A model generated the notes under the pieces. That model was not told the DNA's origin and ran no database searches. It saw only the letters and a program-made list of their open reading frames with translations. Positions 34,502 to 46,391 of a DNA stretch of 64,000 nucleotides are shown here, one piece after another (the stretch's first letter is position 1; every line of letters begins with the position of its first letter). The stretch is from Corallochytrium limacisporum Hawaii (taxonomy: Eukaryota > Protista > Pluriformea): assembly GCA_002811645.1 (NCBI GenBank), contig PDIP01000073.1, forward strand, positions 230,951 through 294,950, written 5' to 3'. Both the position numbers and the translations under genes were made by a program.

Positions 34502-36004
34502 TGATGACGATGACGGTGGCGACAATGTCGAGGCCTGAGGAGATGTTCGGGGACAGGCAACTGTAAACAAAGTAATGATGGGCAGAGGCCGCAGCCACAT
34601 TAACACGCCGTCAACAACCCATCCAGGTCCCTTGTGAAAATGGTTGCGATGACCTACATCTGTGCTGCCCTGTGTGTCCCAGGTACCACCGTTGTTGCCT
34701 TGCTGTTAATGTTAATACCTGGCTCCTAGCATGCACATATATGTTCGGTCACAGCAGTCCTTAGAGCCTAGATAACGGGAACGCTAGGTGATGAAGACCA
34801 AAGGGTGACACACTGTAAGTATGATAGAGGTCGATGACAACGGAGTTGGACAAAAACCTGTGATGGCCTTGGTCGACTAGAAGAGTCTTGTTTGCCGGTG
34901 AATCGTTTTGTGGTTCACTTCCATGGTGCATCATCTTCGTTCCCAATTCGCGCTGAACGTCCAATGTAATAAATTATGCGTAGGTGATCATCCTGGTGTG
35001 TGTGAGCACGCGGGGTGCTGCCTTGTGCGTGCGTTTTTGTTGGGATTTGGTACGTACACGGAGTATTAATATGCATCAAACACTGCCTCAGCACCGCCAG
35101 CACACACGGCGTATGCACACACGCACACAGACACACACATACAGAACATGCTAATGGCTTTCAAATGCCATGCTGATGATGTCACATACCCAGGCCACGG
35201 TCACTATGTGTGAGTGAGCGCATGCAGTGTTTCATATCAATATCTGTGGAGGCGCTTTGTTCCCAACAGATGAAAGGCACTGCTGGTGGCTTGGGAAAGT
35301 TCTTGGGAGCAGGACGAAATTGGATGCGCAGAATGACAATCCCACATTGCGTAGAACCGACTGACCGGCTCAGCGCTTTAACGAAGGATTGGTAGCGCAC
35401 GACTTGGGAACTTCGCAAGCATCGTTCCAAGGAGCAACTTCGGGGAATGGGTAAAGAAACATCTTGGGTACCCACCTATGACGGTTGCCGGGCCTCAACA
35501 GGCACCGTCCACCGCGCGACCGCTCCCGCCTCTTGATTATGTATGCGGTCCACACTTTTTGAACATGAAAGGAAACACTTTCATCATCAGACTTCCAATG
35601 TCCCACAGAGCATTCTTGTGTACGCCAATGTGAATGCAGTGCTGTACTGGAGCACCAATCCCTGACTTTCCCATGCCATCGGGGTGGGACCGGGGGAGGG
35701 CCGCGCCAGTACCCCGATGGGCTGGTTTGCTATATTCGAATTTCTTGAATCTCTGCACCCTGATTCATTTCCACCGCACAGACCGTCCCAACGGCTGGTG
35801 GCGGGACGCGTGGCGGTTCACAGCTTATTGTGACACAAGGGTACATCAGGATCATGAACATGTTATATGGAACAAAAGAAAAGCCTTCTTAAGCTATATT
35901 CTTTTTAAGCTTCTGGAGAAATACGTTGGATTGCTTTCCACTTAAATGGCGTAGTGTTCAAGAATGTGACAGGAACAACGAATCTTAGTCAACGAGGCAA
36001 AACA

Positions 36005-36454
36005 ATGGTGCTCAAGAAATTCATGGCCGACCTGAGCCGAGCCGCGCAGAACTCTGCGACGCAATTTAAAAAGTCTGCAAATACCCTGCAGTATGAATCG
36101 GGAAAATTATACGACGCTGTGGTGAAAGGAACATACACGCAGAGAGCCACGGTGCCGTTTGTGATCACACAGGACATGAAGCAACAGTTGTACAAGCTGG
36201 GGTACGGCCCGGGTCACATCAAAATGATCACGCCTTCCTTGGCACATCACTTGATCCGGGAGCAGGAAAAGTTTGACCTGGACAAGTTTGTGCTCTTCAT
36301 CGAGGAATTCCGGGATGCAGGTGCCGGCCGCTCCGATCGGCTGGCTCAGAGCAACAGGGATAGAATCAACCGGGGTGGCAACCCCGTTGCTGGTCAACAA
36401 CAGCCATCCACGGCTGATCAGGGTGCGAATCCATCACGCTCAGATAAATCATAG
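36005..36454 (+). CDS. Conserved hypothetical protein
   Basis: ATG at 36005 in an A-rich context; contains VPFVITQDMKQQLYKLGY....IKMITPS.AH..I, a motif I recall from uncharacterised eukaryotic proteins. Confidence 0.7.
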   Translation: MVLKKFMADLSRAAQNSATQFKKSANTLQYESGKLYDAVVKGTYTQRATVPFVITQDMKQQLYKLGYGPGHIKMITPSLAHHLIREQEKFDLDKFVLFIEEFRDAGAGRSDRLAQSNRDRINRGGNPVAGQQQPSTADQGANPSRSDKS

Positions 36455-36550
36455 GCTAGATGAATCCATGAAAGTAAAGAACGTGTGAATATGACACACA
36501 AAATGAAAAAACTACTCAATTAATTCTTTAGTTCAGAAATCGCGGTCACT

Positions 36551-37087
36551 TCAGTCATCCTTTACCGCGTCCCCAGTCGTGGTATCCGCGGCTTGCTGGG
36601 CCGCTGGCTCAGCGGTCTGCTCCGCTTTGGCAGCGGCATATACAGCATCAGCGCCGTCTTGTGCCTTCACTTCAACGTCTGAAGGCGGGGCCTGAGGAGC
36701 GGCATTCGGGCCATCCTTGTCCTTGGCTTCATCGTCCAAGTCAGCTTCGGAGGCAGTGCGCTTGGTGCCCGCTGCAGCAGCAGGGCCGTCAGATGGTTTG
36801 GACTCTGCCTCAGCAGGACCATCCACGTCCATGGGCTTCGCACCGTCCGCAGGAGCAAGATCCGAAACGGGCTCTTCACCGGCAGCAGGCTCTGTGTCTG
36901 GTTTGTCGCTCACTGCGGCAGTTGCTGTTTGCGTCATATCAACCTCCTTGCTGTCCACCGCTGTGGTCTGCGGCGCGTCAACCTCCTTACTATTCACGGC
37001 CGTGGACTCAACCTCCTTCGACTGTTCTTGCTCAGGGTCCTTCTTATTCTGCTGCTCCTGCTCTAGTTCTGGCTCCTGCTCCTGCTT

Positions 37088-37123
<36 letters not shown>

Positions 37124-39616
37124 TGGCTTCTGCTCCTGCTCTGGCTTCTGCTCCTGCTCTGGCTTCTGCTCCTGCTCTGGCTTCTGCTCCTGCTTCTGCA
37201 CCTTCCCTTGCTCGGACTCTTGCCCCTCCTTCGATGCCTCGGTGGTTGTGGCCTCGGTGGTTGTGGCCTCAGTGCTCGGCTTGGATGCTGGAGGATCTTC
37301 CTTCGGCTTTTCTGGTGCCTCTGGTCCCTCAGCTGCTTCCTTCTGTACCTTCGACTCCGAGGCCTGCGACTCTGGTTCCCCAGATTTCGGGGCCTCCGAT
37401 TGGGTGGGCTCCTGTGTCGTTGCCTCTGCATTGGGTGCCTCCGATTTGGGGGCGTCCCGCGTCGGTTCGACCGGTTTCGATTCCTCCGATTTCGAGACGT
37501 CCTCCTTTGAAACTGAGGCTGCAGACGCTGAGGGGGGTGTTTGTGCTGCTGCTGCTGGTTTCACAGTCGCAGCCTTAGCCATGGCGTCTGGCTTGCCACG
37601 TCCGAGTCCTGCAACGGGAGCAGCTGGGGTGGTCTTTCGCTGCTGATTCGCTGCGCCTTTACCAGACAGGGCTCCTTTGCCACTGCGGCCGGCCATGGCA
37701 GCGCCCTTGCCGCCTTTACCACCACCAACAGGGGCCGTGCTCACGGCAGTGGCCTTCAGGTTAAAGTGCACCTCACATAGCACTTGATTTGAACCAATCA
37801 ACACAGGATTCACACACCGACGACCATGCTCCATGAACTCGCACTGCAAGTACATGACCTGGTCCCGCTCGTAGAGAATATGCTTAAAGCAAAAGCGCGC
37901 AGCAGGCATGGCCCGTCGGTTGCACGTCGACGACGCGCAACGGTTGACGTACGTCTGCTTGCTTGCCCGCTGCTGCTTCTGCTCCTGCAGCACCGCGTTC
38001 AAACCCCATGGCCGACGGTATTTCTCAGCCTCCAGGTCTTCCGGTTGCATTTCCTCCTCGCCTGCCTCCGCCGCGAGGGCAGCTTGCACCTTCTTACCTA
38101 GCGTGGCCTGGGACATGCCGCGCTTGCCCACGGCCTGCGTGGGAATGAGGTTCTTACTATACACTTTGTACTTCGCTCGCATCAATTCCTGGAAACGGTA
38201 ATACTGCGATTTGTAGAGATCACGCAGCTGTAACAGCATGTCCCTGCGGCGACGGACCATCTCTTCCTCAGTCCAAGCCTCAGCGTCCCGCAGCAGATCC
38301 TCGTCGTCGCTTTCGAGATCCAGATCATCCGCACTGTCGCTGTCTTCGTGTCTACGCCAGGCCATGTCCACCTCATCCATTTGATGCAGCCAGCGAGTCT
38401 CTTCAAGGTCTTGGTCCTTAATGATGTCTTGCTCCTCATCGCTGGACGGAGGATCCACAAACATCATTCCGCGCAGATGGGGCACCTTGCCCGCCATAAT
38501 GGCGGCTGCCGCACTCGTGGATCCAGCCTTGGCCGCGACTGCCGGTGGAATGCCCGTGCCACCTTTGGCAATGTGTTGCTTTGCCGCAGCCATGATGGCA
38601 GCCGCCCTCCGCTGTGCCTGTTGCTGAGCTTGGTTTGCTAGTACTCCCATCTGAGCGAGTTTCATCGCATGCCCGGCCTCCTTAGTGAGCTCTTTCTTAC
38701 GCTCCATCATCGTCTGGGCAATGCTCTCCACTGCTCTTGCCATACTCTGTTCTTTACCATCCATAGCATACGCTGCTTGCAGCATGCGTTGTTGGCCAGC
38801 CTGGGTCACCCTCGTCTTGGCCGTCTCGAGACGGTACTGGACCATGGCTTTGCTACTGGAAGGGATGCCAAAACGACGCAGTTCCTCACCGATTCGGGCC
38901 CGGCGCATCTTTCGCTCTTCATCGTAATTTCTTCCGGTCTGAACCTGGGATCCCGACGGTGGTGCATGTTTCATATGTAAACTGCTCTCGAGAGTCGCAA
39001 TCACACCGTTGTCAGCTCCAAATATACGGTGCTGGCTAAACAAGGGCTCCCGTTCTGAGGCTTCTTTACGTTTCTTATTAGCTCGCTTCGCCATCTTTGA
39101 CCCTGTGCCCTGTGCTGAAGAGGGCTGCATCCGTGCTGCTGCTGCGGCTGCAAGAGCTTCTTCTCGTTCTTGTTTCTTCTGTAGCGCCTTTTGTGCCAAT
39201 TCAAGTTTCTTTTGCTGGAGCAACCGCTCTCGCTCCTTTTCACGCTCCCGTTCGAGCTCTCTGGCCCGTTGTTCCTCTTCCTTCATGCGCTTCTCCTCCA
39301 ATTCAATTTCAACTTGCTTTGCCTGAGCCGCGTGTGCTGGGCATAACAGAGCTTGACCCTCTTTGGGCTTTACAGATGAATTACACTGCTTTCCGTCTAG
39401 CATGTGCGTACATTGTTTGAACCCGGAGTCTGGATCCTCGCTAATATGACTAATGCAATACTCATAGCCGGCAACTGGAGTTTTGCTACACTCCGGCTCC
39501 CGCTTAGACTGGCATCCCGGTGTTGAGGGTTTGTCCTCTTCTTTAGTCTTTTGATCGGCTGGCTTCGTGCCACTGCCCTGAGGATTAGCCTCAGGCTTAT
39601 TTTCTGTTTCCACCAT
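36551..39616 (-). CDS. KANSL2: KAT8 regulatory NSL complex subunit 2 (KANSL2/INO80D family)
   Basis: Two zf-C3Hc3H domains (C..HISEDP...FKQC; FC.KHI...DQV...C), central D.L..A..WT.EE...L..LY..QY.R.Q and YRRPWGLNAVL segments as in KANSL2, and a long low-complexity C-terminal tail. Confidence 0.88.
37050..37200 (-). repeat. Coding minisatellite in KANSL2 (18-bp QEQKPE and 6-bp QE units)
   Basis: Tandem CTGCTCCTGCTCTGGCTT and CTCCTG units. Confidence 0.9.
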
Positions 39617-39640
39617 GACTCTTCAAGAGACGTGGTCTTG

Positions 39641-39690
39641 CTATTAATTAAAATTTAGACCATGTTCAGTCGCCCCAAAGAACAATTCAC
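39641..39690 (-). other. Candidate 5'-UTR intron of KANSL2 (50 nt)
   Basis: GTGAAT...TTTTAATTAATAG, 24 nt before the ATG. Confidence 0.4.
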
Positions 39691-40000
39691 ATAATCTCTG
39701 TGTTTAGGTTACGCAATTCATTTCTTGCCCCTGAAGGTATCGAACGCAATGAGTGTCGGAGGTCCTTTTATTCGTTGAATGATGGTGCATGAGTACATAA
39801 ATAAATGATTTGTCGCTCCAAGTCCTCAGTCTGACATACCTGCAGTCCACCAGGCGCAAGAAGAACGCGACTGTCCCCACAGGCCCGGCGAAGTAGTGCT
39901 TGTCCGTCTTTGCGCGCGCGGGACCTACGCGGGCACTCCCGTAGAAAATAAAGGTCGGCTTCCCCTCCCCTTACCCAAGTGTGTTTCTAGCACATGCCCG

Positions 40001-40030
40001 GGAACTTCCCCCCCCCCCCCGGGGGGTTCC
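40001..40030. promoter_or_regulatory. C13G6 palindrome with GGAA/TTCC flanks upstream of KANSL2
   Basis: Sequence seen directly, about 400 bp before the ATG; the regulatory role is inferred. Confidence 0.4.
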
Positions 40031-43000
40031 CCTGAAAAATAGATCCCTACTTCAGGTACATTTTGTACGTACGGTTTGAAATGGACCGGCCGTGTACGCC
40101 AATGACCTAGCTTTGGAATCTCCGCTCGACCAATGGGATGACTGGTAAGACATTTCACGGAACTCCGACTTTCCGTGGTTAATGTATGGGAAAAATGTTT
40201 GGCAAACTTTGATGTTTCACTTTGATTCTTTTTATTCCGCCCTACCATCCCCACCTGTCCAGGTCTTCGCTCCAGCACGGATGTGAAATTATGGACAAAC
40301 AACGCTGTTGTATTGTTTTCCAATACTTTCATCATCAGACGAGAATTGGCCCAGAGTCCGGGATAGCTGGACAGTTCGGAGCCTCCTGGGCCCTTCTCTA
40401 CCCGGCCAACGGGTAACCAGAAACACCACCATCCAGGAAGACTTGTGTCAGAAAAGCTATAGATTTCCTATGACAACAATCAACCTACTGTGGGGGTGGG
40501 TTGGGAAGGAGGAGGCAGAAAGCAAGGATCGGTGCTAGATTGTCTCGTGTCTCGACTTCAAAAGCCCCGGGAGAAGTCTCCCTGCTGGCGAGGAGGAACG
40601 GTGAACCCCGCGGTGGCGGTGGGGTGTGAGTGTGTGTGATTTCACGCTTGTCGTGCCGCGCATGTGTTACGGTAGATTCACTATGAAAACAGCGATGGTC
40701 CCGAAGACGCGGAAACGAGGGTTTGACGCAGTTTGGTCCGGGAGATGATCACACCCCTTTTCCTTTCCCTGAGTTCACTATGGTAGAGGACGAAGGGGAA
40801 CGCAAGGCGGACGCAGATGGCGTAATTTTTCTTGCGCCTGCTCACCCGAGGACACGACTGCTTGAGTAGTGAAAGTATGGAGGCGGCGAGGTTCTCCTCC
40901 GTTCACAGTTGCAACACTGCTGCCAATTTTCTGATAATCATAAACATCACAGATGGTACCTTTTCATAATCAACATATGGGAACGACCGTCTGTGGGTGA
41001 TTTGTTTCTGGGGAAACTTTCGTCTGGAATGGGAGAAAACGGCGGTGGTACCCGGCAGTTAATTATAGGTCTATCGTATACTGGATTCCGTATGTGCATA
41101 CTAAGTAAACCGGAATATTAATAAAGACTTAACAACCACCCAAAAGAGGACACATGCAAACAGGTTCTGGAGCCGACGAGCTGCTGCTCAGTCCTTTTCT
41201 CCTTGGTTTCTATTGGCTGCCCAGCGGTAGGCGACGAGGTTTTCTTTCGAAACCAGTGGGCTTACCGCTCTCGCTCGCACTCTCCTTTTTTTTTTTCCAG
41301 TGCGTCGCAGGACAAGAAAATCCAATAAAGGATCGTGGAGTTGGTCAATGTTGGGCCCATACTTTCATTTCCACCATTGCTTCCATTCCGGTTAGGGATT
41401 TGAAATGTTTGAAAAATGAAAACACACACACGGTTGCTCCCCCTCACCCTTTCCTCCCAACACCTTCTGCGCGCTCGGGGGTTGCCCGTGGGTGCCGGGG
41501 CCACCTACTTCCTCGGCGTGGAATGGTCCTCCTTCGCTAAGCAATCGAAAAAGCTCTTACCGACAGACCCGTTGCCCCCACCCACTTAACCGCCCGCCTT
41601 ACCCGCCTATCGGGACGAAAGGTGCCATTTGTTTCAAAAGGACAAACTACGAATGCCCGCAAACAAAAAAGGGAAGCAGAAGAAAAGAGAGACAAGGCCA
41701 AAGGGGAACGAATTAAAAAAAACCAAAAACCAAGGTCAACCCAAAGCCCAACGGTGGGAGACAGTTGAACGAGTCTTGAGAAAAGATGAACCGATCCAAG
41801 CGAATAAAACGGGCAGGGTGGATGATCGGTTGAGGAAGGAAAAAAAGGAAAGTGGGACGAGCGAGGGAGGTGGTGAGAAGTGGTTCCATAGAAACAGCGT
41901 CCCTAATCGCCTTGTGCGTTTTGCCTAGTTCATTCAGTATACAACCCCACGCCACTTCGGGGGAACGGAAGGCAAGGCAGAGGGACCAGAGAGTAGAAGA
42001 GCTGAGGCCAGGACCCGTGCCGGGAAGACAGCAGTCGGTAGGGCGTGTGGAGAAAGTATGGAACTGCCGAGTACTGAAAGTATCGAAAATCTTGGACAAA
42101 GGGCTGGACGCGCGATTGGGAGCGTGTAGATCCAGGCGAGAGGTTTCTTGCGACACTGAACTGCACGTACTCTGTTCGGTAGTGAAAGTACTGAAGAATG
42201 GACAGAATCGGACAAAATCGAAAAAGTGAAAGCCTGGAGAGAGGTGAAGGAGGGAAAACAAGGAGGGAGAGAACCGGGGAGAGCCCCGAGCGGGGGGGAG
42301 GGGGGGAGGAGAAAAAAATTTTCTTCCTTCCCCTGTTTGTGTTATTTGGGTCATCGGATGGCCATACACTCGGTACCCAAAATGGGATACCCCCCTCACC
42401 TTCAGGGGGTTGGGGAACGGTCCTCAATCATTAACTCTCTGGTTTCCTCGCGTTCCGTTTCTTCTTCGCACCTTCCTCAATGAGTTTTGTTCCCTTATTC
42501 GGCAAAGCCGACGAACAAGTGACCGAAAAGGCCCCGTCACACTGAACGTTAAATTCGGATGACATACGTCTCCTTTTTTCTCAGTTTCGGATTTTTAGTA
42601 GTAAATGTAATGACTGGACACGTCAGGTGAATCACAAAGCGACTGCCTGAAGGTGAGCTCCAGGACCAGACAGTGTACCAATGGCCGTCTCGGAGGCGAG
42701 GGAGAAGGCTGGGGAAGGGGAAAAAATTATCGACATATGACACCCGTCCGCCTCCGCCCCCCCCTCCTCCCCCCCTCCCCCTTCTTGTTGAGCACGGCAA
42801 AGACAAGTTCTCGCACCACCGTGTGTGCGCGGCTGCGGCCGAACCCATACTGAAGAACAGGAGAAAAATGACGGGTCCACTTGCGGTGGGAGGACACTGC
42901 ATAAAATGATAGCGATGGCACTAAAGTAAAATGTGGTTTCTCTTCGCCCAGGGGGGTTCTGCGGAGTTACAAGTAGTAGTTGTCCTGGGAGTTCTTTGTG

Positions 43001-43391
43001 GACAGTGGTAGACTCTTGTGAGGGTGTGTGGCACTTACTGTATTCCATGGAGCGTGTTGGTTGTATTTTTCGACAGTGCAGAACCAGGAGTTTGTAACGT
43101 TATCGAACAACAATATACTCCGAGTAATGGGTTTGTGCGTATTCTGGTGTGGTTTTTGTGCACCCCGGTGTATGTGCATCGGGTGGCGTCCCTGAGACCT
43201 GTATGCAGGTATTTCGCGTACCATACTGTATGACAATACTATGCACAACCAAAGAAATTGTCAACTATTCTGCGGGTTCAGATGTAACCGGTGTTGCCCA
43301 ATCATATCAACAACAACTGGGCAGAGAAAAATTACGAAACCAACCTTTACGTCCGGCCAGAACCAACAGCCTGTCCGTAGAAACAGGATCA

Positions 43392-43453
43392 GTGAGTTGC
43401 GGGCAATTCATTGAACACGACAAAGGGGCATTCTACAATTCCGAAGTTATTAG
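43392..43453 (+). other. Candidate 5'-UTR intron of SLC12A8 (62 nt; 55 nt if AAG at 43446 is used)
   Basis: Perfect donor GTGAGT; acceptor TTATTAG. Confidence 0.45.
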
Positions 43454-43515
43454 CGAACAATAGAACAGAACTAGGAAGAAAGCAGATAAGGACACAGACC
43501 ATAAAAACAGAAACT

Positions 43516-45549
43516 ATGGATCCTGCTATTCCTCGGTCAAGTTGGGAAGATGGCACTCCCGTGGCGCCTTCCATGGCTGCCACTTTCGAGGGTGACCTGG
43601 GACAACCGTCTAGCACTAGCAATGTGCGTCCAGGCAGCAGCGACGACATGGCCATGAGCTCGAGCACGTTATTTACTAAGTCCAACGTGGCTCCCTCAGC
43701 AACTAACGGTATCACCAACGGCAACGGCTCCCCAGAGTCTCCAACTCCACCGCCGTCAGCCAAGAAGAAGTTCGGTGCATGGGATGGTGTGTTTGTCACA
43801 GTCGCGCTAAACTTAATCGGCGTCATTACGTTCCTGCGTACGGGTCGCACAGTGGGTGAAGCTGGTGTCATTGAAGGCTTTCTTATTATCACAGTGGCCA
43901 TGTCTTTCTCCCTGTTCACTCCCATGAGCATGTTTGGTATCCTCAGTCACACATCCATCAAGGGTGGCGACATTTACCACATTCTGGCACACACAATGGG
44001 CATTAAGTTTGGTGCTACCATGGGTGTGACTTACATTCTGAGCCAGATGGCCATCATTGCACTTTATATTACGGGTTTTGCTGAAGCATTCAGCGAGAGC
44101 ATGGGATGGGATGGTCCTTGGCCCGTGCGTTTTGTGGGCCTCGTAGCCCTTGTGGTCCTCGTCGGGTTGGTGGCCATGGGTGTCGGTTGGGTTGTGCGCC
44201 TACAGATCTTGTTCATTCTGGCAATTTTGCTGGCTCTTTTGGATCTGTTGATTGGTGTGTTTGTTGTCGAGGGCTGCGACCCCACAGACCCCAATTGCAA
44301 CCAGGTAGTCGGATTGGGCAACAGCGCCTTCTCAGACAACGTTTTGCCAGCGTACACGGAGGGAGAGAACTTTTTCACCATTTTTGCAGTCTTCTTCCCG
44401 GCTGCCAGTGGTGTGTTGGCGGGTACCAACATCTATAAGGACATTCGCAACCCGTCCGAGAACCTACCAAAGGGTACGATCTGGGGTGTGATCTCCACCT
44501 ATTTCCTGTACGTACTGATTGCCCTCCTGTTGGCCGCTGTTGTTACTCGCGACGGTCTCATCAACGATCCGCTCATCCAGGCTGAGGTCTCTCTCGTGCG
44601 CTGGCTGTATATTATCGGTGTCTACCTGGCTTCGTTGTCCAGTGCACTGACTACCCTATGCGGTGCCCCACGTGTGCTCCGTTCAATTGCCATGGAGGGA
44701 TCTGTCCCGCTGATGAAGCATTTGGCTCCGGGTACAGGCTCCAATGATGAGCCTCTGCGTGCCCTAGCCTTTATATCTCTGGGTACCTGTGCGTTGTTGT
44801 TTATCGGTCAGCTTGACATCATTGCACCTATTGTCACCATGTTTGTTATTCTGGCCTACACCAGTGTGAATTACTCCTTCTTTGCTCTGATGCAGGGAGG
44901 TTCCCGTGACGAGGATGAGAAACGCGGTAACGGTGAACTTGACTCTGGCATTGACATTGAAGTGGAAATCAAGGAGCCCGAACCCACTTCTGGCGGTCGC
45001 TTGCCTTCCCCACGTCTGCCCAAGTCCCTGGCCGCCCCGGTACGGGGTGTGAAACAAATCTACGAGTTATCCGAACGGATTGGTGAACTGCAACTGCAGA
45101 CTGGTGACATTGACGTCAATGACACCCACGGTGAGCCCTGGACCAAGAAGTTCAAGTACGCCAACAAGTGGGTTGCACTAATCTTTGCCCTGTGGGGTGT
45201 GTGCACTATGTTCCTGATCAACTGGATTGCCGCTTTGTGCGCATACGTGTTTGTGGCCATCATCTATGTCTACATCATGTATCTGAATCCGTACACTACT
45301 CCGGGTGCTGCCAAGTATAGTCTGCTGCGTGCTTTCAAGCAACTTATGTGGAACTGGTGGGTCGGCTTCAAGTATGTTGTTACTGGCTGTCGCAAGAACG
45401 ACAAGACTGAGTTTGTGCAGGTCACAGGACTCCGTAGTGAGGACGAAGGCCCAGCGACCGGAAACGGTGGTGGCCTCGCCATGCAGGAGAATGTCGGTGG
45501 CGATTGGGTCGAAGCGGAAGACTCCACGAGCGAAAGCGGTGGAATGTAA
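43516..45549 (+). CDS. SLC12A8: Cation-chloride cotransporter family, SLC12A8-like
   Basis: ATG at 43516; FGAWDGVF, GVI.FLR.G, FFTIFAVFFPAASGVLAG.N, NLPKGT and GAPRVL motifs; loop before the final TM pair and a short C-terminus as in SLC12A8. Confidence 0.88.
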   Translation: MDPAIPRSSWEDGTPVAPSMAATFEGDLGQPSSTSNVRPGSSDDMAMSSSTLFTKSNVAPSATNGITNGNGSPESPTPPPSAKKKFGAWDGVFVTVALNLIGVITFLRTGRTVGEAGVIEGFLIITVAMSFSLFTPMSMFGILSHTSIKGGDIYHILAHTMGIKFGATMGVTYILSQMAIIALYITGFAEAFSESMGWDGPWPVRFVGLVALVVLVGLVAMGVGWVVRLQILFILAILLALLDLLIGVFVVEGCDPTDPNCNQVVGLGNSAFSDNVLPAYTEGENFFTIFAVFFPAASGVLAGTNIYKDIRNPSENLPKGTIWGVISTYFLYVLIALLLAAVVTRDGLINDPLIQAEVSLVRWLYIIGVYLASLSSALTTLCGAPRVLRSIAMEGSVPLMKHLAPGTGSNDEPLRALAFISLGTCALLFIGQLDIIAPIVTMFVILAYTSVNYSFFALMQGGSRDEDEKRGNGELDSGIDIEVEIKEPEPTSGGRLPSPRLPKSLAAPVRGVKQIYELSERIGELQLQTGDIDVNDTHGEPWTKKFKYANKWVALIFALWGVCTMFLINWIAALCAYVFVAIIYVYIMYLNPYTTPGAAKYSLLRAFKQLMWNWWVGFKYVVTGCRKNDKTEFVQVTGLRSEDEGPATGNGGGLAMQENVGGDWVEAEDSTSESGGM

Positions 45550-45953
45550 AACAACAGCAGAACATACTTCGTCAGCGTCAGCATGTGTTTCATTAGTTTT
45601 CAGGGATGGCAAAATTGTTTGCAAGAGCTTCCTCCTGGCATTTCATTTTCATTACATACATCATTTTTTACATTAAACCATCTGTAGACAGAGACAGTCT
45701 GTCCCTTGGACGTGCGTGCCTTTATTGACTGGCGTTTGTGTCCTCAGCATGCATAAACCCTTGTGCACACAACGGGATCTCACACCACTAGGGAACAATC
45801 AGGGTCGCCCGAGGCTTGTTCGCAGACCGTTTGCGAGCACTGCGGGCATATCCGGTTCTCGTTACCGACCAGACAGGGGGAGGGGCTGGTCCAGTGGTAC
45901 CATAGAACGCAAAACGGAAACCCTCTCCCCTCTTTCCATGCCAGCGCCCTCCT

Positions 45954-45970
45954 CCCCCCCCCCCGGGGGG
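45954..45970. promoter_or_regulatory. C11G6 palindrome upstream of POC1
   Basis: Sequence seen directly, about 420 bp before the ATG; the regulatory role is inferred. Confidence 0.4.
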
Positions 45971-46200
45971 ACCTCCTTGCCCCCCTCTCACGGGAATATT
46001 TGCGCGCCAAAAGGCTCTCCATTTTGCCCTTCTTTGCTACCGTTTTCCTTTCGAGTCCCTGCAGAGAGTGCCAGTCCGTGGAGAAGGGGCCCGGGGATGA
46101 AGAAAGCCAGAACGGGAAAGGGTGGGTTGAACTGGCGGGATGAAGATTGAGTGTGCTTTGGTTCTGACAGATTCGATTGTCCGTTCCGGATGAACATTTC

Positions 46201-46246
46201 GTATGGTTTGCAGCTTTCATAATGTAGACAGTGACATGTATTTCAG
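46201..46246 (+). other. Candidate 5'-UTR intron of POC1 (46 nt)
   Basis: GTATGG...GTGAC...TATTTCAG. Confidence 0.5.
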
Positions 46247-46391
46247 ATTTTCACTTTCTCCTGCGCAAGGCTGTGATTATGGACCTGGGCAATAAATGAA
46301 CGACCTAGACGACCCCGCAGAATTGATCACTGCATAGGACAGGTTACATTGTGGGACACTCGTATTACAGAAAAAGGGAAACAGAGACAGC

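Noticed and set aside
35576-40340. Shared 16-mer ACTTTCATCATCAGAC near 35576 and 40325 (box C-like on the minus strand)
   Set aside because: About one such match is expected by chance in 64 kb, and there is no box D at snoRNA spacing.
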